Numbered from the stretch's first letter, positions 19,061 to 29,224 are shown. The stretch: DNA of 64,000 nt from Candidatus Moranbacteria bacterium GW2011_GWC2_40_12 (GCA_000995965.1 LBYD01000003.1:17713-81712), one strand, 5' to 3'. Numbers and translations: made by a program. Notes: generated by a model not told the origin, from the letters alone.

Positions 19061-19798
19061 ATGCCAAAAAAGAAAAAAAGTGAAAAAGACAACGGTCAGG
19101 AACTCCAAAAAATCGCCGCTATTCGCGAAATGATTGCGAATGCCGAGCGCACAATCGTGTCCGCGCGGGCGATGCTTTCCCAGCTTGAAGGAAAGCCTAT
19201 GAAAAGATCCGCACCGATAATTTCCTCCGACGAAGAGGGAGAAATTGTGGAAGGAGTTTTTGACGGCCAAGTAATGATGGGAACCGACGGAAAGCAATAT
19301 CCCGTCCCGGCTAATTACGCTTCGAAATCGAAATTAGTCGAGGGAGATATGCTGAAACTAACAATCACTCCGGACGGTTCTTTTGTTTATAAACAAATCG
19401 GCCCGGTGGAGCGCAAGCGCCTTATCGGAATCGTGAGTCAGGATGACTTGGGAAATTATGTCGTCCTCGCCGAAGGGAAGGCGTATCGCGTGCTTCTCGC
19501 TTCCGTCACCTACTTCAAGGCCGAGCCGGCCGATGAAGTCACCGTGGTCGTCCCAAGGGACAGCGATTCTGTTTGGGGAGCGATTGAAAATTTGGTGAGA
19601 AAAGGAGTTGGCGGGACGGATTTCTCAGCGGAAGATTTTGGGAAAGAAGAAAATCCAGAAGAGGAAAAGGAGGATAAAATCATCAAAAGCACCAAAGACA
19701 AGCTCGGCCAGGATGGCAAATTGGAAGGTGATTTCATAGATGAGTGGACGCCGGAACTGGAAAAATTGAGAGAAGAAGCCAGTAGGCCTGTGGTTTAA
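19061..19798 (+). CDS. Conserved hypothetical protein (CPR-type), acidic C-terminus
   Basis: EGVFDGQ.M...DGK.YPVPANYASKSKLVEGD.LKL motif recognised as common in CPR genomes; function unknown. Confidence 0.8.
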   Translation: MPKKKKSEKDNGQELQKIAAIREMIANAERTIVSARAMLSQLEGKPMKRSAPIISSDEEGEIVEGVFDGQVMMGTDGKQYPVPANYASKSKLVEGDMLKLTITPDGSFVYKQIGPVERKRLIGIVSQDDLGNYVVLAEGKAYRVLLASVTYFKAEPADEVTVVVPRDSDSVWGAIENLVRKGVGGTDFSAEDFGKEENPEEEKEDKIIKSTKDKLGQDGKLEGDFIDEWTPELEKLREEASRPVV

Positions 19799-19808
19799 TT
19801 ATAAGCTC

Positions 19809-20249
19809 ATGGAAGCGAAGAATAAAAAAGGTTTCACCCTCATTGAGCTGTTGGTGGCTATTGGTATTGTGTCAGTCTTGACCGCTGTTGTTTTTGTTTC
19901 GATTAATGGTTATCGAAGAGATGCTCGACAAGCAAAGATATTCGGATCGCTTAATTCAATAGTCACTAGTATATATAGCTGCTTTGGATTTAATGGTAAG
20001 GTTAACGCACCTTCTTCAAATGTTGACATTTGCTCTCTGTCTCCAACATATGGAAAATGGCTGGACTTGTCGATTGAACCAGGCAATTTTGAGTATCTAT
20101 TCGACCCTGCTGTTCTTGTTGAGAATCAATATCTGCCAAAGAAAGATTGGTCTTTTTTGGTCCAAAGCACAAAAGACCAAATAAAGATTTGCTGTAATGA
20201 CCGAATGAAAGGATGTGAAGCAATCGAATACGGCGGCATTTGTGATTAA
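19809..20249 (+). CDS. Type IV pilin-like protein
   Basis: KKGFTLIELLV class III signal peptide; Cys-containing C-terminal domain. Confidence 0.9.
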   Translation: MEAKNKKGFTLIELLVAIGIVSVLTAVVFVSINGYRRDARQAKIFGSLNSIVTSIYSCFGFNGKVNAPSSNVDICSLSPTYGKWLDLSIEPGNFEYLFDPAVLVENQYLPKKDWSFLVQSTKDQIKICCNDRMKGCEAIEYGGICD

Positions 20250-20272
20250 TAATTTAAACAAAAACAAAAATT

Positions 20273-20728
20273 ATGTGCCAAAAAATTTTTTGGAACCTAT
20301 GCAAGAAGTATCCTGTTATTCAGCAATTTTCTAAATTTGTCGTGATCGGAGTAGTTAATACCGGCGTTGATTTTCTCATTCTGAACTTGGAAATGTTTTT
20401 GACCGGCATATCAAAAGGCCCGTATATGCTGGTGCAAAATGCTGTTTCTTTTTCCATAGCGACAGTAAACAGTTATTTTTTCAACAAATATTGGACCTTT
20501 CAGGACAAATCAAATAAAGACAAGGGGAAAAAATTCTCGCAATTTATCGGCGTCAGTATTGTCGGCGTAGCCATCAACAGCTTGATTGTTTTCTCGATAA
20601 CGACATATGTTCCGCCAATGTTTGGCATCAGCAGCGTTCTTTGGGCCAATCTCGCCAAAGTCGCCGCTACCGGAATTTCCCTTATCTGGAATTTTGTCGG
20701 CTACAAATTTTGGGTGTTCAAGAAATAG
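20273..20728 (+). CDS. GtrA family protein
   Basis: QFSKFVVIGVVNT, NSYFFNKYWTF, WNFVGYKFWVF; four TM helices. Confidence 0.9.
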   Translation: MCQKIFWNLCKKYPVIQQFSKFVVIGVVNTGVDFLILNLEMFLTGISKGPYMLVQNAVSFSIATVNSYFFNKYWTFQDKSNKDKGKKFSQFIGVSIVGVAINSLIVFSITTYVPPMFGISSVLWANLAKVAATGISLIWNFVGYKFWVFKK

Positions 20729-20730
20729 CT

Positions 20731-20826
20731 AAAAGTTCGACTTTAAAGCTTGGCTTTGAGAAATTCCAAAAGGTTCGACCTTGAGGAATTTAAAGCGACA
20801 GCGAAAAAGGGAAAGGTCGAACCTTG
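20731..20826. repeat. Cluster of AAGGTTCGACCTT-type palindromes
   Basis: AAAGTTCGACTTT, AAAGCTTGGCTTT, AAGGTTCGACCTT (20770-20782), AAGGTCGAACCTT (20813-20825). Confidence 0.8.
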
Positions 20827-21016
20827 AAAGATAATTGGAATTTGTAAAAAAATTGATTTAACAAGAATCAAGCGCCAAACGCTTTTTTTGTTGTGCAAAG
20901 CAGAATACACCAGTAATCTAGTTTACTGGTGTGAAATATTCTTGCAAGTATAGAAAAAGGGGCAATTCGCGAATCGCCCCTGGTTAAAATTAAGTTCTAA
21001 TTGTAGCCGACTAACA

Positions 21017-21355
21017 CTATTGGTGTAAGTCTTTGACATACAGCCGGAATCCGCCTCCCCATGCCGACCATTGCTCGAGGCTGATAGTATTCTTGGGATT
21101 TATGACCTCCTTGAGTTCCTCGAGTTCTTGGGGATCAAGCTCAAAGCTAGCTTCGCCAAGAAAACCACATTTGGGGTGCTTGAACACGATTTTGCCGTTT
21201 TCAAACACGATATCAGCCGTTCCGTCCGTAAACAGCGCCTTGGGAAAAGTCGCACAAAATTCTATCGATTCTGTGTGCGGCTTGGCGCTTAACTTCACGC
21301 CGTCAATCCTGCCGTCGCCATTCTTTGTCACTTCAAAGACAATTTCGTAGTTCAC
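21017..21355 (-). CDS. Hypothetical protein
   Basis: AGGAGG SD, GTG start, TTGACA upstream, hairpin AGGGGC...GCCCCT downstream. Confidence 0.7.
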   Translation of the reverse strand: MNYEIVFEVTKNGDGRIDGVKLSAKPHTESIEFCATFPKALFTDGTADIVFENGKIVFKHPKCGFLGEASFELDPQELEELKEVINPKNTISLEQWSAWGGGFRLYVKDLHQ

Positions 21356-21487
21356 AGCCTTCCTCCTTCCTCGATTTTTGCTTCAAAACAAATTATCATC
21401 TAATAGAGATTGTGTCAATATTTTTGAATTTTGAATTGTGATTTTGATTTTTGACTTTTGAGTTTTGAATTCATATAATGAATCAGT

Positions 21488-23104
21488 ATGAGCACCACCC
21501 TTTACCGAAAATACCGCCCGGCGACTTTTTCTGAAGTTATCGGGCAAAAGCACGTTGTGCAAACTTTGAAAAATTCCATAAAATCCGGCCGCATCGGGCA
21601 GGCTTATCTTTTTGCGGGCCCGCGGGGAACCGGAAAGACTTCGATTGCCCGAATTTTCGCAAAAACCATCAACTGCGCCGCTGACTTGGAAACTAAGTTT
21701 CCAAGTGGCGAACCCTGTCTCAAATGCATCCCATGCAAAAATATTCTTGACGGACGCGCGCTGGACATCATCGAAATTGACGCCGCTTCCCACACGGGAG
21801 TGGATAATATTCGGGAACTCAAAGAAACGGTTCAGCTCCCGCCATCCGCGCTGAAATACAAAGTATACATCATTGATGAAGTCCACATGCTCTCCGGTGG
21901 AGCATTCAATGCGCTTTTGAAAACTTTGGAAGAACCGCCGGCACACGTTATTTTCATTTTGGCGACGACCGAAGTCCACAAAATTCCGGAAACAATTCTT
22001 TCCCGCGTCCAACGGTTTAATTTCACCCGGCTCACCGTTGAAGAAATAACCAGCCGGCTCGAGGATCTGGCAAAACTCGAAAAAGTCAAAGTGGACCGCG
22101 AAGCACTCGAAATCATCGCCACGAGCTCCGAAGGCGGAATGCGGAACGCCGAAAGCCTTCTCGGACAAATCATCGCTCTCGAAGACAAAAAAATCACCAC
22201 CAAAGAAGTGGAGTTTCTTCTCGGGACAATTTCCGAGAAAGAACTGTCTGATTTTGTCGGCGCGATCATTGAAAAAAACATTCCTGAATCTTTTTCAAAA
22301 ATCAGTAAATTGCGGGAATCAGGAATCGATTTCAAAAATTTCGGAAAGTCACTCTTAAACTATCTTCGCCAAATGCTTGTTCTCAAAATAAACCCGGAAC
22401 TTGGAAAAAAATTGTCCTATGAACTGACAAAAGAGAGACTCAAACAGATAAATGACCAGATCAATAATATTGAACTTTCCGAAATTTTGGATCTGATAAA
22501 CACGCTTCAGGAAAATACTGAAAAATTCCGCAACAGTCCCATTCCCCAGTTATTCTTGGAAGTAAGCCTCGCGAAAACGGTTTGCAGACGTCCAGCGCCT
22601 GCAAATACGGCTGCAACACCTGCTAGCTCCAAAAATGAAACTGCTTTGGCCGCGCTTTTGCAAGTTGAGCTTTCAGCCAAGAAAAAAGAAATTGCTTCAA
22701 AAAATGACAAGCCGGAAGAGACAGATGCGAAATTCAGAAATAAGAACGTCAATAATCCCGATGAAGACTTCGGCCTCATTCTTTCCCGTTGGCTGGATAT
22801 CATCGAATCTCTGAAAATTTACAATCATTCCCTCTCTTCAGTGCTTAAAATGTCCCAACCGATGCTGATTGACGGAAAATATCTGATTCTCCGGACAAAA
22901 TATTCTTTCTACAATGACAAAATCTCCGAAACCCAGAACCGGTTGACAATTGAAAAAGCGATTGATAAGATAACCGGCGTTGTTTTGCGGCTAAAAGCCA
23001 TCACGGAAAAAGATTTTTCTTCGCAGTTTCCGGATTTCAAGGAGAAGAAAAGTTTGATCCAAGAAGCGGTCGACATATTCGGCGGCAAGATAGTAAAGGA
23101 ATAG
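21488..23104 (+). CDS. dnaX: DNA polymerase III subunit gamma/tau
   Basis: LYRKYRP, GPRGTGKT, EIDAAS, IIDEVHML, KTLEEPP. Confidence 0.97.
   Translation: MSTTLYRKYRPATFSEVIGQKHVVQTLKNSIKSGRIGQAYLFAGPRGTGKTSIARIFAKTINCAADLETKFPSGEPCLKCIPCKNILDGRALDIIEIDAASHTGVDNIRELKETVQLPPSALKYKVYIIDEVHMLSGGAFNALLKTLEEPPAHVIFILATTEVHKIPETILSRVQRFNFTRLTVEEITSRLEDLAKLEKVKVDREALEIIATSSEGGMRNAESLLGQIIALEDKKITTKEVEFLLGTISEKELSDFVGAIIEKNIPESFSKISKLRESGIDFKNFGKSLLNYLRQMLVLKINPELGKKLSYELTKERLKQINDQINNIELSEILDLINTLQENTEKFRNSPIPQLFLEVSLAKTVCRRPAPANTAATPASSKNETALAALLQVELSAKKKEIASKNDKPEETDAKFRNKNVNNPDEDFGLILSRWLDIIESLKIYNHSLSSVLKMSQPMLIDGKYLILRTKYSFYNDKISETQNRLTIEKAIDKITGVVLRLKAITEKDFSSQFPDFKEKKSLIQEAVDIFGGKIVKE
21684..21706. 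repeat. 23-bp palindrome ACTTGGAAACTAAGTTTCCAAGT inside dnaX
   Basis: Exact reverse complement at 38553-38575 in uvrB. Confidence 0.85.
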
Positions 23105-23108
23105 ACAC

Positions 23109-23218
23109 TGGAGCGTAATCCCGATTGCATCGGGATAAGGCATCCCGATTTTATCGGGACATTCGTGGGTTCGTCAGGTCATTCGACCTGACGCCCGGTC
23201 GGATGACCGGGCGAATCC
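23109..23218 (+). pseudogene. tRNA-Gln-like relic interrupted by palindromic elements
   Basis: TGGAGCGT..AAGGCA..CATTCGTGGGTTCG..AATCC matches the neighbouring tRNA-Gln; D, anticodon and T regions replaced or interrupted by hairpins. Confidence 0.7.
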
Positions 23219-23233
23219 AAAAATACAATTAAT

Positions 23234-23501
23234 ATGCACTATATATATTCTGTTTCTTTTAAACAGGGATTTATACAAAGGGCGAACTGATGACCTTAGA
23301 AGACGCATCGAGGAACATAGACGAGGCAAAGTTAAATCAACGAGAAATTATTTACCAGTCAAGCTTATTCACTATGAAGCCTATCTCGATAGGAAGGACG
23401 CCGAAAGAAGAGAAACATTTCTAAAAACAACGGAAGGAAGAAGGTTGTTAAAGCAACAGTTAAAAGAATCATTAATAAAATTGAACATCATTAAAAACTA
23501 G
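23234..23501 (+). pseudogene. Small GIY-YIG nuclease, frameshifted in a (TA)n run
   Basis: Adding one TA gives MHYIYILFLLNRDLYKGRTDDLRRRIEEHRRGKVKSTRNYLPVKLIHYEAY...AERRETFLKT; span is 268 nt (3n+1). Confidence 0.85.
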
Positions 23502-23515
23502 TTTTTTCGTAAAGC

Positions 23516-23587
23516 TGGGGCGTCGCCAAGTGGTAAGGCAGGGGCCTTTGAAGCCCCCATTCGTGGGTTCGAATCCTACCGCCCCAG
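23516..23587 (+). tRNA. tRNA-Gln(TTG)
   Basis: TGGGGCG...CGCCCCA-G; anticodon arm GGGGC-CTTTGAA-GCCCC; GGTTCGAATCC. Confidence 0.95.
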
Positions 23588-23590
23588 CTT

Positions 23591-23664
23591 TGCGCGAAAT
23601 GACTTCTGGGACAGTCCCGATGAAATCGGGATTTATCGGGGTTCGAATCCCTGTCCCGCAGCCA
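23591..23664 (+). pseudogene. tRNA-like sequence with encoded CCA and palindromic anticodon arm
   Basis: TGCGCGA/TCCCGCA acceptor (1 mismatch), intact T arm CGGGG-TTCGAAT-CCCTG, GCCA end, weak D arm. Confidence 0.6.
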
Positions 23665-23737
23665 AATATTGACAAAAACCCTTCCATTCGCTAGGATTCT
23701 CCTAGCTTTTTATTTTATAGACAGGAGGTTTGGGAGG

Positions 23738-23920
23738 ATGAGCGCACAAAAAAAAGGATATCTGATTAGTGGAGAAAAGACGGAACAAGCCAAGCAGGAA
23801 ATTGCCGCAATCCTACAGAATCTCAAAAACGACACTGGCCTGGCCGTCGAAGCCATCACTGTGAAACATCGCGAGGGCAAAGTGGACCGCATCCACTTCC
23901 AACCCCTCGGCGCCGCTTAG
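23738..23920 (+). CDS. Small hypothetical protein (60 aa)
   Basis: TTGACA at 23669, GGAGG SD, terminator CCACCGGCT...AGCCGGTGG plus U-tract. Confidence 0.65.
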   Translation: MSAQKKGYLISGEKTEQAKQEIAAILQNLKNDTGLAVEAITVKHREGKVDRIHFQPLGAA

Positions 23921-24093
23921 CCTGCGCCCCTGCCACTATCATTTCCCCACCGGCTTGCAGCTAGCCGGTGGCTTTTTTTATCCAAAATAAAAAGTGGTCA
24001 ATTGCATCCACGTGGACAAATTTGACTACCTCGAAAAAATGGCTAAAAAAATATTTAAAAAACACCCCTCGGCGGTTTTCCGCTTTGGGGTGC

Positions 24094-24666
24094 TCATTTT
24101 TCGCAGGAATTGTGCTTGGCTAAAATTTCTGCGAAAGTGTGAATTTGATGGATGTCTCCATCGAGATGCAGCGTCAGAAATTCTGTATCTGGCCTGACCT
24201 CGGGCATGGCCGAAAGAAATGTTCGGCAATTGCCTCAGGGAAGCAGGGTTGGGTGCAGAAGACCGCTCTTGTGATCCTCTTGCGGCTGGCCGACAATCAC
24301 AACGCCGACAATCAATTCATACCCGGCATGACGCGCAGCTTGAGCAGCAACGGTTTCAGCGCACAAATTTGGCCCATCAGCCACCGGTTTCATATTCGAT
24401 CCCCTGAATATCTTATAAAAATCTTCGATATAATAGGGCTGCGAATTGAAAGCATAAAGCGCGCATCCTACGCAAAAATTCCTGTAGGACATAGCGCAAG
24501 TAGCCGCCATTCTTCTGGCCTCATCGATCAGATACTCGGCAATTTGCCAAAATGCGGGAAGATGAAGATTCTGCATTTCAAAAGCTTTCTCTTCTTCAGA
24601 TAATTCCCTCCAGCGTCTGCGCCGCTCAATGAGTTTTTTATAAGCTTCGACATCCGGTCCGTACAT
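24094..24666 (-). pseudogene. Cytidine deaminase-like gene with in-frame TGA (24235-24237) at the PCxxC cysteine; pseudogene or recoded
   Basis: SYRNFCVGCA, GSN, NLCAET, then LLP*GNCRTFLSAMPE..., open to TGA at 24094, followed by a terminator. Confidence 0.8.
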
Positions 24667-24883
24667 CTTCCCTCCTCACCTCCTTTTTTTGTTGATTTTT
24701 CGGACTTCGCAATTTATAATACGTCGCCGGATTTGTCAATAGGCGTAAAAAAACCGAAAATAAATCTTTGGAAAAATAATTAATCCGGTCAATCCGATTT
24801 AAGGACTATCCTTGACTATAATCATAAAAAGAATTACGTAGCTAGTTACGTAATTCTTGAATACTTGAAAATAGTTGCCAGCC

Positions 24884-25726
24884 TTACAGCCCGTATTTCT
24901 TGATCAGTTTTTTGTAAGCCTTGGCCTGTTTTTTTGTGTAGGTCCCGTCTTCAATGCTGTTCATTATTTCCCAATATTTCCGCGAATCTTTCCAGTCGCT
25001 TTTCGCTTTCAAGGTTTTTCCATCGGAAAGGACCGTGATAAGATAAGGATCTTCGTCTTTTTGAGAGCCCTCGAAAGTAATCATCTTCCTGTAGTTCGGC
25101 TGAATGATGCAATAACCGGTGTCGCGAAAATCGTATTCCGGGGCGCATTTCACTCCAGCGACTTCGTGATTCGGCGAAAGAAAAACAATTTTCGCCGTGC
25201 CATATCCGAGCTCTTTCAAAAGGTAAACAATCAAGGACGATTTTTCGCTGCAGATTCCTGAATTTTCAAAAAGCGTTTCGTATGGATAGCGGGATCCGTG
25301 TCCCCGTCCGCTGTCGATGATCTCCGTGCCGGTTGATTTGTTGTAATCATAATCGATATTTTGGACAAGACTTGCAGCCGCCCGCACCCGGTCGCCGGAT
25401 TTTTTGATTTTCTTGTTGAGCCATCGCACCAGCGGCGCCAAAGCCTCCCTCTGATCGGAACGCCCCAATAAGCGGTCATTGTAGCAATCGGCCAGAGTCG
25501 GATATCCCTGGCAGTTGTAATCGGGAAGTGCGAAAATTGTCTGATAGACCGAAGAATCAGTCGGCACTTTATAATTTTTCTTTTTCCCGTTGACCACCGC
25601 TTTCACCTGCTGCTTGCCGTCAAAGGCGGCGCCGGCAGGAAGAGCAAACGATAAAACAAGACCAATCGCGACAATTTTTGTTTTGAGCCTGCCCGAAATG
25701 CTTTGATTGCTTTCTTTTCTTGGCAT
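24884..25726 (-). CDS. Exported transglutaminase-like (Cys-His) protein; start uncertain
   Basis: Signal-like helix; RYPYETLFENSGICSEKS...LGY...NHEVAGV. Confidence 0.7.
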   Translation of the reverse strand: MPRKESNQSISGRLKTKIVAIGLVLSFALPAGAAFDGKQQVKAVVNGKKKNYKVPTDSSVYQTIFALPDYNCQGYPTLADCYNDRLLGRSDQREALAPLVRWLNKKIKKSGDRVRAAASLVQNIDYDYNKSTGTEIIDSGRGHGSRYPYETLFENSGICSEKSSLIVYLLKELGYGTAKIVFLSPNHEVAGVKCAPEYDFRDTGYCIIQPNYRKMITFEGSQKDEDPYLITVLSDGKTLKAKSDWKDSRKYWEIMNSIEDGTYTKKQAKAYKKLIKKYGL

Positions 25727-25866
25727 ATCTTTGTTTTTTTGATTTATTTTTTTGTGCCCGGATATTTTCCCGCATTTCAAAGCAGGCGGGCATATTTTTA
25801 TTTTAGTTTTCATTATTATACCATGAATGGTATAATTCAGCCACTAAGAGGAACCTGAGAAAAATA

Positions 25867-26130
25867 GTGAAAAGAAATAATTCGTCCGGCTATATCCTTG
25901 TTGTTCTTCTGGTGACAGTTCTTCTTGTCGCTGTTTTTTCTGTTTATCTTATGAATAAGCTCTATTTCAAACAGTCCGATCGGTTGGAAGAAAACGGCCT
26001 TCCCCAAAGCGATATCAACCAGCCTGCCAACGTTCCCAACGCCCAAAACCAGGTTGATGCTGTCAGAAGACAAATGAATGAAATTCAGAAAGATCAAAGC
26101 AAGAAATTGAACGACTCAATGCTTAAATAA
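25867..26130 (+). CDS. Small pilin-like/membrane-anchored protein
   Basis: SGYILVVLLVTVLLV N-terminus resembles a prepilin-type helix but lacks E5. Confidence 0.6.
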   Translation: MKRNNSSGYILVVLLVTVLLVAVFSVYLMNKLYFKQSDRLEENGLPQSDINQPANVPNAQNQVDAVRRQMNEIQKDQSKKLNDSMLK

Positions 26131-26143
26131 TAACCAAAACAAA

Positions 26144-27364
26144 ATGAGGGAAGAAAAAAAAGAGAAAACGAACGAGCCGGAGAAAAGTGAAGCGACGACA
26201 ATCACTTTCACTGTGATAACAACACTTCTGGCCGTCGCTTTTATCGGCGGGCTGATTTTCGTCGGAAAAATATACAACGACCGAAAAAAAGAATTGCAAT
26301 CTCTCAAGCGTCAGATGGAAAATTTTCAAAAAAGCTCCGGCACTTCAAGCGGCGAAACGACCGTCACGGGCGAAATCGGCGATATCGAAAACTCGCTGGA
26401 ACAAACAGCGCCCATCGAGAATTATGCCGGCTGGAAAACATACACTAACGGCGAAATCGGATACACATTGAAATACCCCGTCGATTGGGCGGTGCAAGAA
26501 ACAGACGAGTTTAGCCCGCTTTATGGCGAGACAGTAAAATATATTGCTATTTATGCACCGGAAAACAAATATTTTCTCCATTGGGGACTCAAGGAAAAGG
26601 GCGCCGGCTATTATATTTCTGACCGGACCGGAATGGGGGCGGGTGAGGAAAGAAAATCGGGAAAAATCAAAATTCTCGGAACAGAATTTGACATCACCAA
26701 CTATATTTTCCAGGGAAAAGCCAAAGAAATTTTTTATCCGACGGCCGGACGCTCCCTGACCGGAGACGGAAAATATGAATTCACTGCCGCTTTGAGCGGC
26801 GGCTCCGGATCCAACTGGGACAATATCGACCTCTCAAGCGCTCCGGAAAAAGCGCTCGCTGAAAAAATTCTGAAATCAGTCGCACTCGCCGGGAAAACAA
26901 CTTCTCCGGCCGATTGCGAGCAGAATTTCACGAATGAGGAAAATCTCAACAAGACCGGCTGGAAGACTTTTTCCAATGAAAAATACGGATATTATTTCGA
27001 GCATCCGAAAAGTTTGACGGTCGGCGAAAAACAAGATGATTACACCGGCCTGGGAAGCGGAGCCGATCAGCAATCCTTTGAATGGCGCTCCGGATCGATG
27101 ACAGGGACGGATTATTATGGCTATAAGGAAGACCGCCAAATAAATAGGAAAGTCGGCTGCGCGAATGCTAAAATAACTTATCTTTCCGGAGATCCGACAG
27201 CCGATCCGCCCGGCGACGTTCAAGACCGGCTCATCCTGGTCCAATTTGAAAAAAGCGGGATTCCGCATGTTATTTTGTTCAGCTATCAATATGTCGGCGC
27301 CTCAATCTCCGGTGATGTTGCGGAAATGTTCGAATTGATGCTGAAAACAGTGGCGTTTAGATAA
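26144..27364 (+). CDS. Membrane-anchored protein with two PsbP-like repeats
   Basis: TM plus coiled coil; two GWKT(Y/F).N..(I/Y)GY...(Y/H)P repeats, each ending in ..ILKSV/..MLKTV. Confidence 0.75.
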   Translation: MREEKKEKTNEPEKSEATTITFTVITTLLAVAFIGGLIFVGKIYNDRKKELQSLKRQMENFQKSSGTSSGETTVTGEIGDIENSLEQTAPIENYAGWKTYTNGEIGYTLKYPVDWAVQETDEFSPLYGETVKYIAIYAPENKYFLHWGLKEKGAGYYISDRTGMGAGEERKSGKIKILGTEFDITNYIFQGKAKEIFYPTAGRSLTGDGKYEFTAALSGGSGSNWDNIDLSSAPEKALAEKILKSVALAGKTTSPADCEQNFTNEENLNKTGWKTFSNEKYGYYFEHPKSLTVGEKQDDYTGLGSGADQQSFEWRSGSMTGTDYYGYKEDRQINRKVGCANAKITYLSGDPTADPPGDVQDRLILVQFEKSGIPHVILFSYQYVGASISGDVAEMFELMLKTVAFR

Positions 27365-27404
27365 ATAAACCACTCCCAAGGCTTGGCTTTGGGAGTAAAT
27401 AATT

Positions 27405-27632
27405 ATGGAACAAGAATTATTGGAAAATCAGCCCAAAGAAGATTCTCCTCAAACCAAATTGGATGCCATGGACAAAAAGATTGATGAGATCCACAAGCTG
27501 GCGAACAAAACATACAAACTTTTTCTCTGGACAATGATCGCGACTGCGGTAATGTTCATTTTGCCGCTTATTGCTCTAGCTTTTGTCATCCCCTTCTTTA
27601 TGCGAACAATGACATCCGGTTTGGGAATATGA
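27405..27632 (+). CDS. Small membrane protein
   Basis: 75 aa; coiled coil followed by a long hydrophobic helix. Confidence 0.7.
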   Translation: MEQELLENQPKEDSPQTKLDAMDKKIDEIHKLANKTYKLFLWTMIATAVMFILPLIALAFVIPFFMRTMTSGLGI

Positions 27633-27760
27633 TCAAAAAATACTCGCCGAAAAAATATCTCAGCATACTAATATACTTATGCTGAGATATTTCAGAAAAA
27701 AAGTTTCCGTTCGAATGGAAACTTTTTTATACGCAAGATACTAGCACCAGCCACAAAATA

Positions 27761-29224
27761 CTAACTAATTTGATAATTCGGTGATTCCTTGGTGATAGTC
27801 ACATCGTGAACATGGCTTTCCTTGAGACCCGCATTGGAAATACGGACGAATTTCGCTTTTTCGCGCAGCTCTTTGAGATTGGGCGCCCCGCAGTATCCCA
27901 TTCCCGACCTGATTCCCCCGACCAGCTGGTGAAGACTGCCTGCCAGCGGACCTTTGGCGGGAACACGCCCCTCAATTCCTTCCGGAATGAGTTTTGAGGC
28001 TTCTACTTTGCCCTGCCCATACCGGTCAGCCGATCCGTCAAGCATCGCTCCTAGCGATCCCATACCACGGTATAGCTTATAATTTCTTCCCTGATACAAA
28101 ATAGTTTCTCCCGGCGCCTCATCTGTTCCGGCGAAAAGACTCCCGATCATCACCGCGCTCGCTCCGGCCGCGAGGGCTTTCACGATATCGCCCGAAAATT
28201 TGATGCCTCCGTCCGCAATCACCGGAATTTTATGTTTTTCTGCCGCTTTTACAACATCAAAAACGGCTGTGAGTTGAGGCATACCGGCTCCGGAAACAAT
28301 CCGCGTGGTGCAAATCGAACCGGGACCGACTCCCACCTTGAGCGCGTCCGCGCCGGCTTTGATCAAATCCTCTGCTCCTTCGGCGGTGACGATATTTCCG
28401 GCTGTCACTGGAATGTCAAAATTTTTCTTGACTTCGCGCAAAGTTTTGAGAACTGCCTCTGAATGGCCATGAGCCCGGTCAATGGAAACCAGATCTGCTC
28501 CGGCTTTTACCAGCAAATCCACTCTTTCCAGGACATCTGTGCTTGTCCCAATCGCCCCCCCGACCCGCAACCGGCCGAGACTATCTTTGGCGGCATTCGG
28601 ATATTTTCTCTTTTTTTCAATATCTTTTATGGTAATCAATCCTTTGAGAGTGTTTTGCTTGTCCACAATCGGCAGTTTTTCTATTTTGTATTTATGCAGC
28701 ATTTTTTTTGCCTGCTCAAGCGTTGTTTTTTCCGGCGCCGTCACCAGGTTATTCTTCGTCATAACACTGCGGACCAGCCTTTTCATATCGGTTTCAAAAC
28801 GCATATCGCGATTGGTGATGATACCGATTAATTTGTTTTTCCTGTCCGTCACCGGAATTCCGGAAATGCGATAATCCTCCATTAGTTTTCTCACCTCACC
28901 AATTGTCGCTCCCGGTTCGACTGTCACTGGATCAATAATCATACCGCTTTCTGATTTCTTCACTTTTTCCACTTCAGCCGCTTGCCGCACTGGCGACATA
29001 TTTCGGTGGATGATTCCGATTCCGCCTTCCTGCGCGAGAGTGATGGCGAGCCGCGATTCAGTCACCGTGTCCATCGCCGCTGAAAGGATGGGAATGTTCA
29101 GTTTGATGTTTTCCGTGATATACGTGCCGACATCCGTGTTCCTCGCCGAAACCCCCGATTTCTGCGGCACCAGAAGAACGTCGTCGAAGGTGAGTCCTGT
29201 CCTAATATTTTTTTCTTGAGGCAT
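27761..29224 (-). CDS. guaB: IMP dehydrogenase
   Basis: [22 protein letters not shown] pair, [15 protein letters not shown]. Confidence 0.98.
   Translation of the reverse strand: MPQEKNIRTGLTFDDVLLVPQKSGVSARNTDVGTYITENIKLNIPILSAAMDTVTESRLAITLAQEGGIGIIHRNMSPVRQAAEVEKVKKSESGMIIDPVTVEPGATIGEVRKLMEDYRISGIPVTDRKNKLIGIITNRDMRFETDMKRLVRSVMTKNNLVTAPEKTTLEQAKKMLHKYKIEKLPIVDKQNTLKGLITIKDIEKKRKYPNAAKDSLGRLRVGGAIGTSTDVLERVDLLVKAGADLVSIDRAHGHSEAVLKTLREVKKNFDIPVTAGNIVTAEGAEDLIKAGADALKVGVGPGSICTTRIVSGAGMPQLTAVFDVVKAAEKHKIPVIADGGIKFSGDIVKALAAGASAVMIGSLFAGTDEAPGETILYQGRNYKLYRGMGSLGAMLDGSADRYGQGKVEASKLIPEGIEGRVPAKGPLAGSLHQLVGGIRSGMGYCGAPNLKELREKAKFVRISNAGLKESHVHDVTITKESPNYQIS

Noticed and set aside
24235-24237. 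Genome-wide UGA reassignment (code 25 or 4)
   Set aside because: yjbQ, trxB and uvrB end in TGA at their expected C-termini, and long genes contain no internal TGA.
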